This document shows positions 32,090 through 41,788 of a stretch of DNA of 64,000 nucleotides, piece by piece. The stretch's first letter is position 1; each line of letters begins with the position of its first letter. Both the position numbers and the translations under genes were made by a program. The notes below the pieces were generated by a model, which was not told where the DNA came from, made no database searches, and was given only the letters and a program-made list of their open reading frames with translations. Source of the stretch: an uncultured Nitrososphaerales archaeon (GTDB taxonomy: Archaea; Thermoproteota; Nitrososphaeria; Nitrososphaerales; Nitrososphaeraceae); assembly GCA_963709405.1 (NCBI GenBank), contig CAVPXM010000063.1:96001-160000 (forward strand), read 5' to 3'.

Positions 32090-32491
32090 ATGGAAGATTT
32101 TGAGAAGGACTTCCCTGATTTCGATTGGAAAAACATACCGGCTTATAGACACCCGAAGGGGAAAGATTGTCCTTGTCCAAAACACGAGTTCATTCGAGAG
32201 CAAATTAATATATCAAAGAATTTGAATAATAGTAGCAGTAGTATGCAAGATTATTCAAAACACTCTCGTAAAGCACAAATTACTTTGAAATTATGCCCGG
32301 ATCATTACAATGTATATTTCAAGGAGGTTATCCCCTCCATGCCGCTGAAGTACAAGCTCATGACAAAAGTTGCGATAAAACTTGGAGCAGTCGTGATCCA
32401 ACAGATCTCATACATGTTGTCAGATCAATGCTTTTACTGTAGATTTGGATCTGGCGGTTTTGATAGAAAAACAGAACTCCCCCCCATCTAG
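32090..32491 (+). CDS. Small Cys/His-rich hypothetical protein, possibly metal-binding
   Basis: 133 aa ORF with TATA-like element upstream; CPCPKH, LCPDH, CFYC. Confidence 0.6.
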   Translation: MEDFEKDFPDFDWKNIPAYRHPKGKDCPCPKHEFIREQINISKNLNNSSSSMQDYSKHSRKAQITLKLCPDHYNVYFKEVIPSMPLKYKLMTKVAIKLGAVVIQQISYMLSDQCFYCRFGSGGFDRKTELPPI

Positions 32492-32523
32492 GCTTAATAA
32501 TATCATTCACATTTCCTTAGTAA

Positions 32524-33213
32524 TTACTGGAGCATATTTTTTACCATAAGTATACGATCAGATGCCAAGCCTAGTGAAAGGAGGTTTCGCAAAATCATCC
32601 AGATATATGGAATGGATTCTTTGGATTCCCCGGAATATCCTTTAAAAAAAGACTTTTGAATCCTCAAATATGTGTGCTGCTCCAGGTCGATTACGCTTGC
32701 AAGGAAAGTTGCAATGTCCATACACCTTGAGAATGTAGAAGCATTTTTTTGAGTAAGTCCCAGATCCGTTCTAATAATTGAATCCGTACAACTTATCAAG
32801 TAATTTTGAGATTTATTGTCGACAAATGTATATCCAGAATTATGCAATCTCCCTGTCAACACACCTACGTCATAGCTTAATTCAATACTCTTACCATGCG
32901 AAAATGCTCTATACAAATTTCCTCCAGGTACATATTCTTCAATGATCATCTCATCAGATATCGATAATAAAGCCGGCGTTGGGACTCCCAACTTTCTTAG
33001 AACTATCCTCATCGCAAAGCCTTCATTTCTACGAGATCGTTCGCCTAATACTGGAGGAGGAGATGGATGCATCAGAAGAATGGAAATCAAACCATATGCC
33101 ACGACCAGAAGGTACTCATGAAAGCATTTACTCTGCTTATTTCTTTTTACAGTGACCTTCTTGCCGTTGATAGTTTCAATCGAGATATCTCTCTGCCAAT
33201 TAACAAAATGCAA
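32524..33213 (-). CDS. Protein-kinase-like fold protein (Bud32/RIO/Kdo-like)
   Basis: VTVKR, GVPTP, IIEEYVPG, LHNSG..FVD.K..NY, TDLGL. Confidence 0.68.
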   Translation of the reverse strand: MHFVNWQRDISIETINGKKVTVKRNKQSKCFHEYLLVVAYGLISILLMHPSPPPVLGERSRRNEGFAMRIVLRKLGVPTPALLSISDEMIIEEYVPGGNLYRAFSHGKSIELSYDVGVLTGRLHNSGYTFVDNKSQNYLISCTDSIIRTDLGLTQKNASTFSRCMDIATFLASVIDLEQHTYLRIQKSFFKGYSGESKESIPYIWMILRNLLSLGLASDRILMVKNMLQ

Positions 33214-33287
33214 GGTCTTATCGAATATACGGGCGATTATTAGGTATATACATTGATAATAGATAACTATCGATATTAAATAATTAC

Positions 33288-33968
33288 ATGCCTCTCCATA
33301 AAGGAAATTTAAGCGCTCAACGATTTTTCACGGCTAAAAATGCCAATAGTTACGATAAGCTAGTCTATGCAGCCACATTTGGCCAAGACAAGGTGTGGAA
33401 AAAGCAAATAGCGAATGTGGTAAAAGAATGTAATATTATCCTTGATTTAGGGTGTGGAACGGGCATCCTCTCAGCTATGTTACAACAAAATAATAATTTT
33501 GGGATTGTGTACGGCTTGGATTTGACATTTGAATATTTGAAAGTAGCCTTGGCCAAGAGAATGAATATACCTCTGTTAAATGCAACTGCAGAGGCTCTAC
33601 CTTTCAAGAATGAAGCATTTGATTCAGTCGTTGCATCGTACATACCAAAATATACACAAATTGACCAATTGATAGACGAGTGTCTGCGCGTCCTTAAAAA
33701 GAAAGGAATCCTAATTCTACATGATTTTACCTATCCGCTTTCCAAAGTAATGCGAGTAATCTGGAAATTTTATTTTGCTCTTTTAAGACAAATCTCCGAT
33801 CTTGTACGATCCTGGAAGGATGTTTTTATGGAATTGGATCGCCTCATTGAAACAAGTACGTGGGTAATCGAATGCATGAATATACTGAGTGTAAAAGGCG
33901 TCGATTCTGTAGAATGTATGCATTACACTCTTGGGACGGCTGCAATAATAGTAGCTCACAAGATATGA
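33288..33968 (+). CDS. Class I SAM methyltransferase, UbiE/MenG-like
   Basis: SYD....TFGQDKVWK, ILDLGCGTG, AEALPF..EAFD, RVLKKKG....HDF. Confidence 0.8.
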   Translation: MPLHKGNLSAQRFFTAKNANSYDKLVYAATFGQDKVWKKQIANVVKECNIILDLGCGTGILSAMLQQNNNFGIVYGLDLTFEYLKVALAKRMNIPLLNATAEALPFKNEAFDSVVASYIPKYTQIDQLIDECLRVLKKKGILILHDFTYPLSKVMRVIWKFYFALLRQISDLVRSWKDVFMELDRLIETSTWVIECMNILSVKGVDSVECMHYTLGTAAIIVAHKI

Positions 33969-34702
33969 GTGCTGATAATTCACGACTTAACGAATGGTTT
34001 GTGCCAAAATTTGGTCCTTTAAAATTCCGTGCTTTGATAGGGCTCTTGTTTTTACCGTATACCGCAATGTGTGTGTGCTTCACAATACTTGGAGGATTGT
34101 TATCTCCGGTGATTCATGGAGACAGATTATTTGCAATTGCATTGATTTATTTCCTGGCATTAGGATTATCTGCTCATGCTGCAGATAGCATTGGATCTAA
34201 AAAGGTTAAACCATGGGCGAATTATCTTAGTAAGCGCGAACTGACAGTATTATTAATATCAGGAATAATTCCCGCATATTTGATAGGGCTATATTATATT
34301 ATTAATTATGTACCGCTTCTTTCTTTTATTGCCATTATTGAAGGGTTTTTCCTGTTTGCCTATAATTTTGAGTTATTTGGAGGATTGTTTCACGGCAATT
34401 TTTGGTTTTCTGTGTCATGGGGTGCCCTACCACTTCTTGCCGGATTCGTCATGCAGACCAATTCAATTACTATCTTGTCGATTCTGATATCATTTCTTAC
34501 TGGTCTAGTCAGCTATATAGAAATCAGACTTTCACGTGAATACAAAGTACTGAAAAGAACCAATACTCATATCGCCGAACAAAGAATGTTGGAACTCCGC
34601 TTAAAGGCCATTAGTTTAGGAACAGTAGCAATCACTATTACATTTTTCTCTATTGACTATTTTCGTTATGGACTTGAAATCCTTTCAATGGGGGTATTTT
34701 GA
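33965..34702 (+). CDS. Polytopic membrane protein, possibly a divergent UbiA-superfamily prenyltransferase
   Basis: About 7-8 hydrophobic segments; AHAAD and AYN motifs; ATG 33965 overlaps the methyltransferase TGA. Confidence 0.55.
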   Translation: MSADNSRLNEWFVPKFGPLKFRALIGLLFLPYTAMCVCFTILGGLLSPVIHGDRLFAIALIYFLALGLSAHAADSIGSKKVKPWANYLSKRELTVLLISGIIPAYLIGLYYIINYVPLLSFIAIIEGFFLFAYNFELFGGLFHGNFWFSVSWGALPLLAGFVMQTNSITILSILISFLTGLVSYIEIRLSREYKVLKRTNTHIAEQRMLELRLKAISLGTVAITITFFSIDYFRYGLEILSMGVF

Positions 34703-34744
34703 AATGATTCAGCTCTTCCATTTTCACTTAATGAGGCAATATGC

Positions 34745-35281
34745 ATGATCCAGATATGTATTGAGGTAGGAAAGTACGGGAGTTTAATTGAAAGTATTCG
34801 TACTCTAGAAAATAAAATGGGTAAGAAAATATCCGTATTTTCAAAAATTTTGCTTTCTGATACAGGCATACTTGAGGACAAACTAGATATCATTCTGAAT
34901 TCTGTAACATCGATACATGTTATCGAACAGCGCGAAGTGAACGTACTAATACTAAGGCGTATCCACTTGGTTGACGAAAAGACAAAAAAAAGACTAGTTT
35001 ATGCAAGCTCACGCATCCATATTGACTGCTTGCCGCTGAGTATAATTAATCAGATTCGAGAGAAACATGATGGGTTAGGAAAGATTCTTATGAATTCCCA
35101 ATTAGAGATCCATAAAAAAATCCTAACCCTTGGGTACGACTGCGTTAAGCATAGATTGTTTAGAAGTTATGATATTTATAGTCAAAAGCGTATTATAATC
35201 GAGACTGAAGAGGTTATGCTAATCAGTGATGAGGATCTAGAAAGTACGGTGATAAGAAATAATGGACCGGGTGGGATTTGA
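34745..35281 (+). CDS. Chorismate pyruvate-lyase-like protein (UbiC/DUF98 fold)
   Basis: ILLSDTG.LE..L, RRIHL, LVYASS.I, LGKIL....LE, RSYDI, IETEE. Confidence 0.55.
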   Translation: MIQICIEVGKYGSLIESIRTLENKMGKKISVFSKILLSDTGILEDKLDIILNSVTSIHVIEQREVNVLILRRIHLVDEKTKKRLVYASSRIHIDCLPLSIINQIREKHDGLGKILMNSQLEIHKKILTLGYDCVKHRLFRSYDIYSQKRIIIETEEVMLISDEDLESTVIRNNGPGGI

Positions 35282-35336
35282 ACCCACGGCCTCAGCAATG
35301 CCAATGCCGTATCCTACCAGACTAGACGACCGGCCC
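35263..35336 (-). tRNA. tRNA-Ala(GGC), CCA not encoded
   Basis: Reverse complement GGGCCGG..CCGGTCC-A with G3-U70 pair, CGGCA-TT-GGC-AT-TGCTG anticodon arm, GTTCAAATC T-loop. Confidence 0.94.
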
Positions 35337-35431
35337 GCAATATCCATATGCTCAGATTTGGATATTAATACTTTTTACAATAAGTAACAATATTATAATC
35401 ATATCTACACTTCAAGGACCATTGGTATAGG

Positions 35432-35857
35432 GTGTCTCCAGAACAGTCTATAGGTGCAATTGTAACATATCGGCCTTCTCGAGAAGATACGGAGTCTCCA
35501 GAATTCCTGCTTCTCAAGAATAGGAGAGGATATTGGGGCTTTCCCCAAGGGCATAAGGAGAAGGGTGAAACGGAGATACAAACGCTGGTAAGAGAAGTCA
35601 CCGAAGAAACAGGTATAACATCATTGGACATCCAATCCTATATAGGTAAGATTCGGTACACATTTTTCAAATCCGATGGCATGAAATCTGAAAAGGAGGT
35701 TACTTTTTACTCCGCCACGAGTTCCACGCAGTATGTCAGAATTTCAGTTGAGCATGAAAGCTACAGATGGGTTTCATATTCAGATGCACTTTGGATGCTC
35801 GATCACAGGCAGTTACGGTCAATACTATTGAAAGGACATAGAAAGGGCTTATATTGA
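35432..35857 (+). CDS. NUDIX hydrolase (Ap4A hydrolase-like)
   Basis: WGFPQGH.E.GET....VREVTEETG Nudix box, EH..YRW. Confidence 0.88.
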   Translation: MSPEQSIGAIVTYRPSREDTESPEFLLLKNRRGYWGFPQGHKEKGETEIQTLVREVTEETGITSLDIQSYIGKIRYTFFKSDGMKSEKEVTFYSATSSTQYVRISVEHESYRWVSYSDALWMLDHRQLRSILLKGHRKGLY

Positions 35858-35955
35858 CCTGCAGACAATTGTATACCACTTTCCCTACTTGCAACCTTAT
35901 CGTAATAGATTTATAGCAAACAATAAACGAATATCCGTGGGGTACTGATTATAAA

Positions 35956-37530
35956 ATGGCAGTTGGTAAGAGGATAGTTTTGACGGCAGATAGAAGCTTA
36001 ATGACAAATTATCGGGGAAATTTTCTTTACGGATTCATCGCTTGTGGACCTTACGAGTTAGTACCTGAATTTGTTTTTGACAAGTTGTTTTGTCCTAGTG
36101 TGGAGACCGACAAAACTACTGGAGAGGTAAAAGTAGCGCAGTGTGGATTGAGGAGGGTAGAGGGGGCATTGTTGAAGGAATACCAACGCGACGATATATT
36201 CATAGCCCATCCGGAGATGTTAGCTAAATCTGTAGGTCCAAACACTAAAGTCCTAGGAATAAATGTGATGGATCCGCTCGGTATGGCACCTGTGACGACA
36301 ACTATGTCTCCTGAAAAGCTTTCCTATGTCGCCATGAAATTTAAGAAGATGTGTGCTTCGATTATCCAGCTCAAGAAAAAATATGACTTTAAAGTAGTCG
36401 TTGGCGGAAATGGAGCATGGGAATTGGCACGACCAGATCGTATGAAGATCCACGGCATAGACACTGTCGTTATTGGGGAGGCAGATGAACTAGCCTTAGA
36501 CCTTTTCCGTGATTTGGAAAATGGCGACGCTCCTGAGCTTTTACACACCTTCGTGAGGAACATTGAAAATATCCCAATGATAACTGGACCAACCATAAAT
36601 TCACTTGTCGAGGCAATGCGAGGATGCGGCAGAGGGTGTGATTTCTGCGATGTCAATAAGAGATCAAAGAAAGACATCCCTCTTGAGAGACTACAATATG
36701 AAGCAAAGATAAATCTTGCTTACGGTTTTGACTCTATCTGGCTTCAATCTGATGAGATGTTATTGTATGGATGTGACAATAAGGACTTCATACCAAATGC
36801 TGACGCAATATTGAACTTGTGGAATGGTCTTAAGTCTGTAGGTGCGAATTTTGTAGGGACTACTCACATGACGTTATCTGCTGTAGCTTCATCTCCCGAT
36901 CTAATCAGGAAGATTTCAGAAGTTAACAACATGCAGCATAACGGAAGATGGCTGGCTACCAATTTGGGAGTTGAAACAGTCGCTCCAAGAATGGTAAAGC
37001 GTCATCTCGGAGTAAAAACCAAACCCTACCAACCAGAAGAATGGGGCACGGTTGTAAGAGAGGGAACAAAGATCCTTAACGACAACCATTGGTTCCCAGC
37101 TTTGACCCTAATTATTGGGTGGCCAGACGAAACCCCAGATGAAACCCAATACACTATCGATCTTATAGAGGACTTTCGTAAAATGAATATGAGAGGGTTG
37201 CTTGCTCCTCTGCTCTATCAGGATTTCTCAGAGAGAAACTCCATGCACTTTGGAAATCTGAACGAAGCTCAATTCACTCTTTTCTGGAAATGCTGGCAAC
37301 ATAACCTGTGGGTTATCAACGACATAATCCCTATTATTATTAGAAACAAGACGTATGGTCCTATGATGAAGATATTTATGGCGGCGTTGATCAAGGCAGG
37401 AACATGGGCCATAATGAGATACCTGAGGGGATTGTCTAAGAGCCTTTTCCATGGACAGTATCCAGAAGATATAGTGAGCAGATACGCTAGGAAGAGATCG
37501 GTTACCACTCCTGTTTTTCGTAAACCCTAG
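35956..37530 (+). CDS. Radical SAM protein, GDGT ring synthase (Grs)-like
   Basis: CGRGCDFC motif; N-terminus IVLTADRSLMTNY..FLYGF..GP..PE....LFCP...GLRRVE matches my recollection of the GrsA/GrsB family; VVGGNGAW, IGWPDET. Confidence 0.75.
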   Translation: MAVGKRIVLTADRSLMTNYRGNFLYGFIACGPYELVPEFVFDKLFCPSVETDKTTGEVKVAQCGLRRVEGALLKEYQRDDIFIAHPEMLAKSVGPNTKVLGINVMDPLGMAPVTTTMSPEKLSYVAMKFKKMCASIIQLKKKYDFKVVVGGNGAWELARPDRMKIHGIDTVVIGEADELALDLFRDLENGDAPELLHTFVRNIENIPMITGPTINSLVEAMRGCGRGCDFCDVNKRSKKDIPLERLQYEAKINLAYGFDSIWLQSDEMLLYGCDNKDFIPNADAILNLWNGLKSVGANFVGTTHMTLSAVASSPDLIRKISEVNNMQHNGRWLATNLGVETVAPRMVKRHLGVKTKPYQPEEWGTVVREGTKILNDNHWFPALTLIIGWPDETPDETQYTIDLIEDFRKMNMRGLLAPLLYQDFSERNSMHFGNLNEAQFTLFWKCWQHNLWVINDIIPIIIRNKTYGPMMKIFMAALIKAGTWAIMRYLRGLSKSLFHGQYPEDIVSRYARKRSVTTPVFRKP

Positions 37531-37544
37531 ATCTTTCTCTTTTT

Positions 37545-37880
37545 TTACTTCTTAGATTCTAAGAACGCGATTGCATCATCAGCAACCGTAGCAGTCTTCG
37601 GACTAAGGATAATAAAGTAGTTCTTATCAGCCCGTTCAAGCGAACTTACAGGCTTATACTTTTTGGTAGAAACATCGAATTCTACCATACCTTGGTCTAG
37701 CGATCCTTTTGTATAGACCATCATCAAGACATCACCAGATAGTGGGCTGAGCGGAATAATAGAGAAGACGTAACCCTTGTATGAGCTGACAGGCATGACT
37801 TGTTTCATGTATGGTGCTACAGATACAAGATAAAGAAAAACATCCTCTATGGTTGAAAATTCCTCGAACTCAAATTTCAT
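37545..37880 (-). CDS. Hypothetical protein
   Basis: Clean 111 aa ORF downstream of the FNR gene. Confidence 0.6.
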   Translation of the reverse strand: MKFEFEEFSTIEDVFLYLVSVAPYMKQVMPVSSYKGYVFSIIPLSPLSGDVLMMVYTKGSLDQGMVEFDVSTKKYKPVSSLERADKNYFIILSPKTATVADDAIAFLESKK

Positions 37881-37924
37881 ATATGTTCTCTGTCTTATTT
37901 CTCTGATATAAGGCTTAAGGTAAT

Positions 37925-38767
37925 TTAACCGTAAGATTCGAATTTCACTTCGTAACTACCGTCTTTTCTTTTTTGGCGCTCGGTTACGAATCCCTTTGGT
38001 ATCAAATAGTCCAGTGCTCCATCAACAGTTCCCTGCCAGCCGCATACGTAGAAGGAAGTGTTCTCAGGGGTTATCTTTTCACCCACTAGTTCTTCAAGTG
38101 GTGATCGGTCAGTACCGGCTTTAGGTCTAAGAAATGACTCAACCCTTCCTTTTTGTCCGCTCCAAGTTCGATTAAACCATTCTTGTGGTCTACTGATACT
38201 TGCTCTATACCTGAAATTCCAATCATTCGTTCCGCTGTCAAGGCTTTCCATTTCTAATTCTGTTAGTAGCTCCCGATAACTTAATTCATCAACGTAACTG
38301 GCACCATGTAGGACCACTACTTCTCGCTTGCTTCTTATTGATTTTAAATGCAAAGAGTAAGCAAGAAAGGGCGCTAATCCAGTCCCTCCTCCGATAAGGA
38401 CCATCCTTCTATCATCGTCAGTTCCGTCATGCTTCTTGTGATTTATAGTGAAAATACCAGTGGGTTTAACCCACAAAATTTCATCACCTTCCGTGATGCT
38501 AAACAGCTCCGTGGTCAGGCGACCCGGAAGAGGTTTTCTAACCCATCTGATAATCAATTCAAAATATTTCTTCTGCTCGGGAGGAGATGCTATAGAATAA
38601 GCCCTCCTAATTATTTTGCCTTCTTTTGGGATATGAAGGCCTATCGTTACAAATTGGCCCGCCTTAAAATCTGGAATTGGCCCCTCGGATGGAGTAATTC
38701 TGAAAATTGTCAAGTCTTCCTTAAGAACTCGTACATAGGAAACTGTTCCTCTGTTGTCAACCACCAT
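37925..38767 (-). CDS. fpr: Ferredoxin/flavodoxin-NADP+ reductase
   Basis: FKAGQF, RRAYSIAS, IGGGTGLAPF, YVCG, C-terminal ESYG. Confidence 0.88.
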   Translation of the reverse strand: MVVDNRGTVSYVRVLKEDLTIFRITPSEGPIPDFKAGQFVTIGLHIPKEGKIIRRAYSIASPPEQKKYFELIIRWVRKPLPGRLTTELFSITEGDEILWVKPTGIFTINHKKHDGTDDDRRMVLIGGGTGLAPFLAYSLHLKSIRSKREVVVLHGASYVDELSYRELLTELEMESLDSGTNDWNFRYRASISRPQEWFNRTWSGQKGRVESFLRPKAGTDRSPLEELVGEKITPENTSFYVCGWQGTVDGALDYLIPKGFVTERQKRKDGSYEVKFESYG

Positions 38768-39104
38768 ATATGTCTTTTCAAGACTTGTTATGCTAAATAA
38801 ATATTGTTGTTTTGCGATCTCGTTGTTAATATGTATTATCCTATTCTAGGTATTTTATAAGACTGGATTTGAACAATTTGGAATGTGCTGGGGATTTTTA
38901 AACGTCCTTTTACTAAAGCAGTTCACCAATAAGCAGCCCTACTCATAAAGTATACCAATTCAGTATGGATGTCGATATTCAAACAGGCTTAAGATCTAGG
39001 CCGGATTCGATGTGATCCGAGGAAGCATCAATTAAGTTTATCAATATTATACTAAGGTGCCGATTAGCGATTCGACCTCTGCAAGATTAGAAGAGATATC
39101 ACCG

Positions 39105-40577
39105 TCATTCACATACTTTAAGTGCTTTGGATAAGAATTGATTTAATTCAGATATTCTCACCCTTTCTTGCTCCATAGTATCTCGATCTCTAATTGTTAC
39201 AGTCTCATCGGCCATCGATGTTTTATCTATAGTTATTGCATATGGAACTCCGATTTCTTCCAATCGTCTATACCTTCTACCGATTGACCCAGATTCATCC
39301 GAAAAAACATCAAAATCCTTTCTTAATGCAGCGTAAATGCTACGAGCTTTTTCTCCTAGTCCATCCTTAGTCATTAGAGGCAATACGCCCACAGTTATTG
39401 GTGCCAGGTACGGCTTTAGTCTTAAAACTACTCTTTCATCATGATCATAATCTTCATAATAGGAATGTTCAAGGATGGTATACAAACTCCTGTCAATTCC
39501 CATAGAGAGTTCGAAAACATGAGGCAATATCTTGGTCTGATCAGATGGATCAATGACTTCTAAATTTTGCTTACTTGTTGTCAAATGGCCTCTAAGATCA
39601 TAGTCTGATCTATAATTACAAGCAACTAATTCAAGCCAGCCTAAGCTAGTCTCTACTTCATAGTCATATGCAACAGAAGCATAGAATGCCTTCTCAGTAT
39701 CAGAGAGCCTTCTAAAACGGCTTCTCTTCATATCAATCCCAGTCTTGGAATAAAATTGATTTAATATTGCGAGGTAATACGCGACTAGTCTATTGGGTAG
39801 AAGGCCTTTATCAAGCGCTTCTTGAGCTGATAATTCTTGCAATGACCTTTCATCGTAAAAATTAATAATAGTATTCTTCACGTCGTCGTACATTGGTACG
39901 TCATCTAGTTTTTTCGGGTTGCAAAATACTTCGATCTCCGCTTGATAGAATTCCCTTAATCTCAATAAACTTTGTCGTGGGGCAATTTCATTTCTAAAAC
40001 TTTTCCCAATTTGAGCAACCGCAATGGGCAATCTACCACGCATAATCTTGAAAACACGAGCAAAATCCACGAAGATGCTCTGACACGTCTCTGGCCTAAG
40101 ATAGGCTTCGTCGGCTGAAGGCCCCACTTCAACTTTAAACATCATATTGAACCTATTAGTATGTCCAAATTCACCATTGCACTTTGGACATCGAACGGAA
40201 TGCTTTTCGATGAGCATATCAATTGTATCATTAGAGGCTCGTTCTGGGATATTTTCACCTGTTTTTTCTGACACAAATCTGTCAGCTCTAAAGGTAGAAT
40301 TGCATTTTGTACATTTGATAACCGGATCACTGAAATTTCCTAAATGTCCAGAGGCATTGAATACTTTCTTACTCATTATTTGGGTTCCATCAATCTCCCA
40401 CATTCCGTCCCTTCTCACAAGTTCTCTTCGCCAAAGATCAATGAATTTATTTTTCATCTTCAGACCTATTGGCCCGTACTCCCAAAAGCCTGCCAGCGCA
40501 TCCGAATAAATTTCACAACTAGGAAAATAAAAACCCCTTTCCAAAGCAAGCTTCATGATCTGGTCATATTCGCTCAT
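39105..40577 (-). CDS. glyS: Glycine-tRNA ligase (alpha2 type)
   Basis: YGPIG, YLRPETCQ, QIGKSFRNEIAPR, RLREF.QAE, IGRRYRR.EEIG. Confidence 0.95.
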   Translation of the reverse strand: MSEYDQIMKLALERGFYFPSCEIYSDALAGFWEYGPIGLKMKNKFIDLWRRELVRRDGMWEIDGTQIMSKKVFNASGHLGNFSDPVIKCTKCNSTFRADRFVSEKTGENIPERASNDTIDMLIEKHSVRCPKCNGEFGHTNRFNMMFKVEVGPSADEAYLRPETCQSIFVDFARVFKIMRGRLPIAVAQIGKSFRNEIAPRQSLLRLREFYQAEIEVFCNPKKLDDVPMYDDVKNTIINFYDERSLQELSAQEALDKGLLPNRLVAYYLAILNQFYSKTGIDMKRSRFRRLSDTEKAFYASVAYDYEVETSLGWLELVACNYRSDYDLRGHLTTSKQNLEVIDPSDQTKILPHVFELSMGIDRSLYTILEHSYYEDYDHDERVVLRLKPYLAPITVGVLPLMTKDGLGEKARSIYAALRKDFDVFSDESGSIGRRYRRLEEIGVPYAITIDKTSMADETVTIRDRDTMEQERVRISELNQFLSKALKVCE

Positions 40578-40811
40578 GTTGTCATCAACCTCCCAATAGG
40601 GGCTTTAAGTCTATTCTTTTTGCTTTTACGATTTTGTGAAAACCTGTTATGCCCACTATCGCAACACAATCGAAAGAACTAGCCGTGAAGAATGTGAGTA
40701 TCATCTTGATATCGGCAATAGAGCAGGCTGAAAATTAAATAAAATTTGCAAAGGATTTTCGTTCAGTATTGTCTCAAACAAGTGATTTATTTTTATTATT
40801 ATCTAATCTAC

Positions 40812-41702
40812 CTAATTTCGTATATTCATGAGTGCCTTGACATATTCATAATTTTCAATGTCTCCACGTCGTTCATCTATGGGTGTTTCCAATATTATAG
40901 GAAGATTCTTTATTGAGCTATGTGAAAGGATCGCACTAAAGCCGTCCTTTCCAATTTTGCCTAGCCCTATGTGTTCGTGACGGTCAAGTCCTGATCCAAT
41001 ATCATTAATTGAGTCATTAAGATGGATAAGGTTAAGATATTTTAAGCCAATCTTGTCATCAAATTCTTCTATCGTCTTGTCTACCCCAACTTCATTTCTT
41101 AAATCGTACCCAGCTGCGAAACAATGACATGTGTCCAGACATACTCCGAATCTATGTTTTGAATCCAGCATATCTATTATGTGGCCTAACTCGTCGAAGG
41201 TCGCGCCTACTGAATTTGATTGTCCCGCTCCGTTCTCCAGTAGGATTTTCACCATATTTCCCTTTTTCTTACTTGATTTCCCTGTTGAATCTGATTTTTT
41301 AACGCAACTGTTACATGCTTTAACTAACTGACCAATCCCAATCGTAGATCCCTTACCTAGATGACTGCCTAAATGAATGACTAGCTGAGGTATTTGCAAC
41401 GTGCTACAACGTACCAGTTCTTCAGAAAGGACCTCGACCGATTTCTGATAGGTCACTCCCTCCGGAGCGGACAGATTCGGAAGATATGGCATGTGAACGG
41501 CTACTGAGTCAGGCTTTATTTTGTTCTCATTTAGTTTTTTCTGAAAGCTTCTAACATCGTTTATATCGAGCCCTCTTCCGACCCAACCCCTAGGATTACG
41601 GGTGAATATCTGGAAAGCGGTACATCCAATTTTCCTTGCGTTATCAACGGAATTTGCGATTCCTCCAGCAATAGATACGTGAAATCCAATACCACTAGTC
41701 AA
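40812..41702 (-). CDS. nfo: Endonuclease IV
   Basis: HVSIAGG, FQIFTRNPR, HMPYLPNL, LEN.AG, CLDTCH, HLNDS, DRHEHIG, ILETP. Confidence 0.93.
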   Translation of the reverse strand: MTSGIGFHVSIAGGIANSVDNARKIGCTAFQIFTRNPRGWVGRGLDINDVRSFQKKLNENKIKPDSVAVHMPYLPNLSAPEGVTYQKSVEVLSEELVRCSTLQIPQLVIHLGSHLGKGSTIGIGQLVKACNSCVKKSDSTGKSSKKKGNMVKILLENGAGQSNSVGATFDELGHIIDMLDSKHRFGVCLDTCHCFAAGYDLRNEVGVDKTIEEFDDKIGLKYLNLIHLNDSINDIGSGLDRHEHIGLGKIGKDGFSAILSHSSIKNLPIILETPIDERRGDIENYEYVKALMNIRN

Positions 41703-41788
41703 AGCAATCTTAGTTAAATAGCATCATAATTTAATATATTCTGAGGATGGGCTTTTTATTTCGGTTCGACATAATATTATGAATACGA

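Noticed and set aside
32524-35336. Integrated element at the tRNA-Ala 3' end
   Set aside because: No integrase and no duplicated tRNA 3' end found; the shared GGGATTTGAACCCACG near 15670 is just the T-arm of tRNA-Leu
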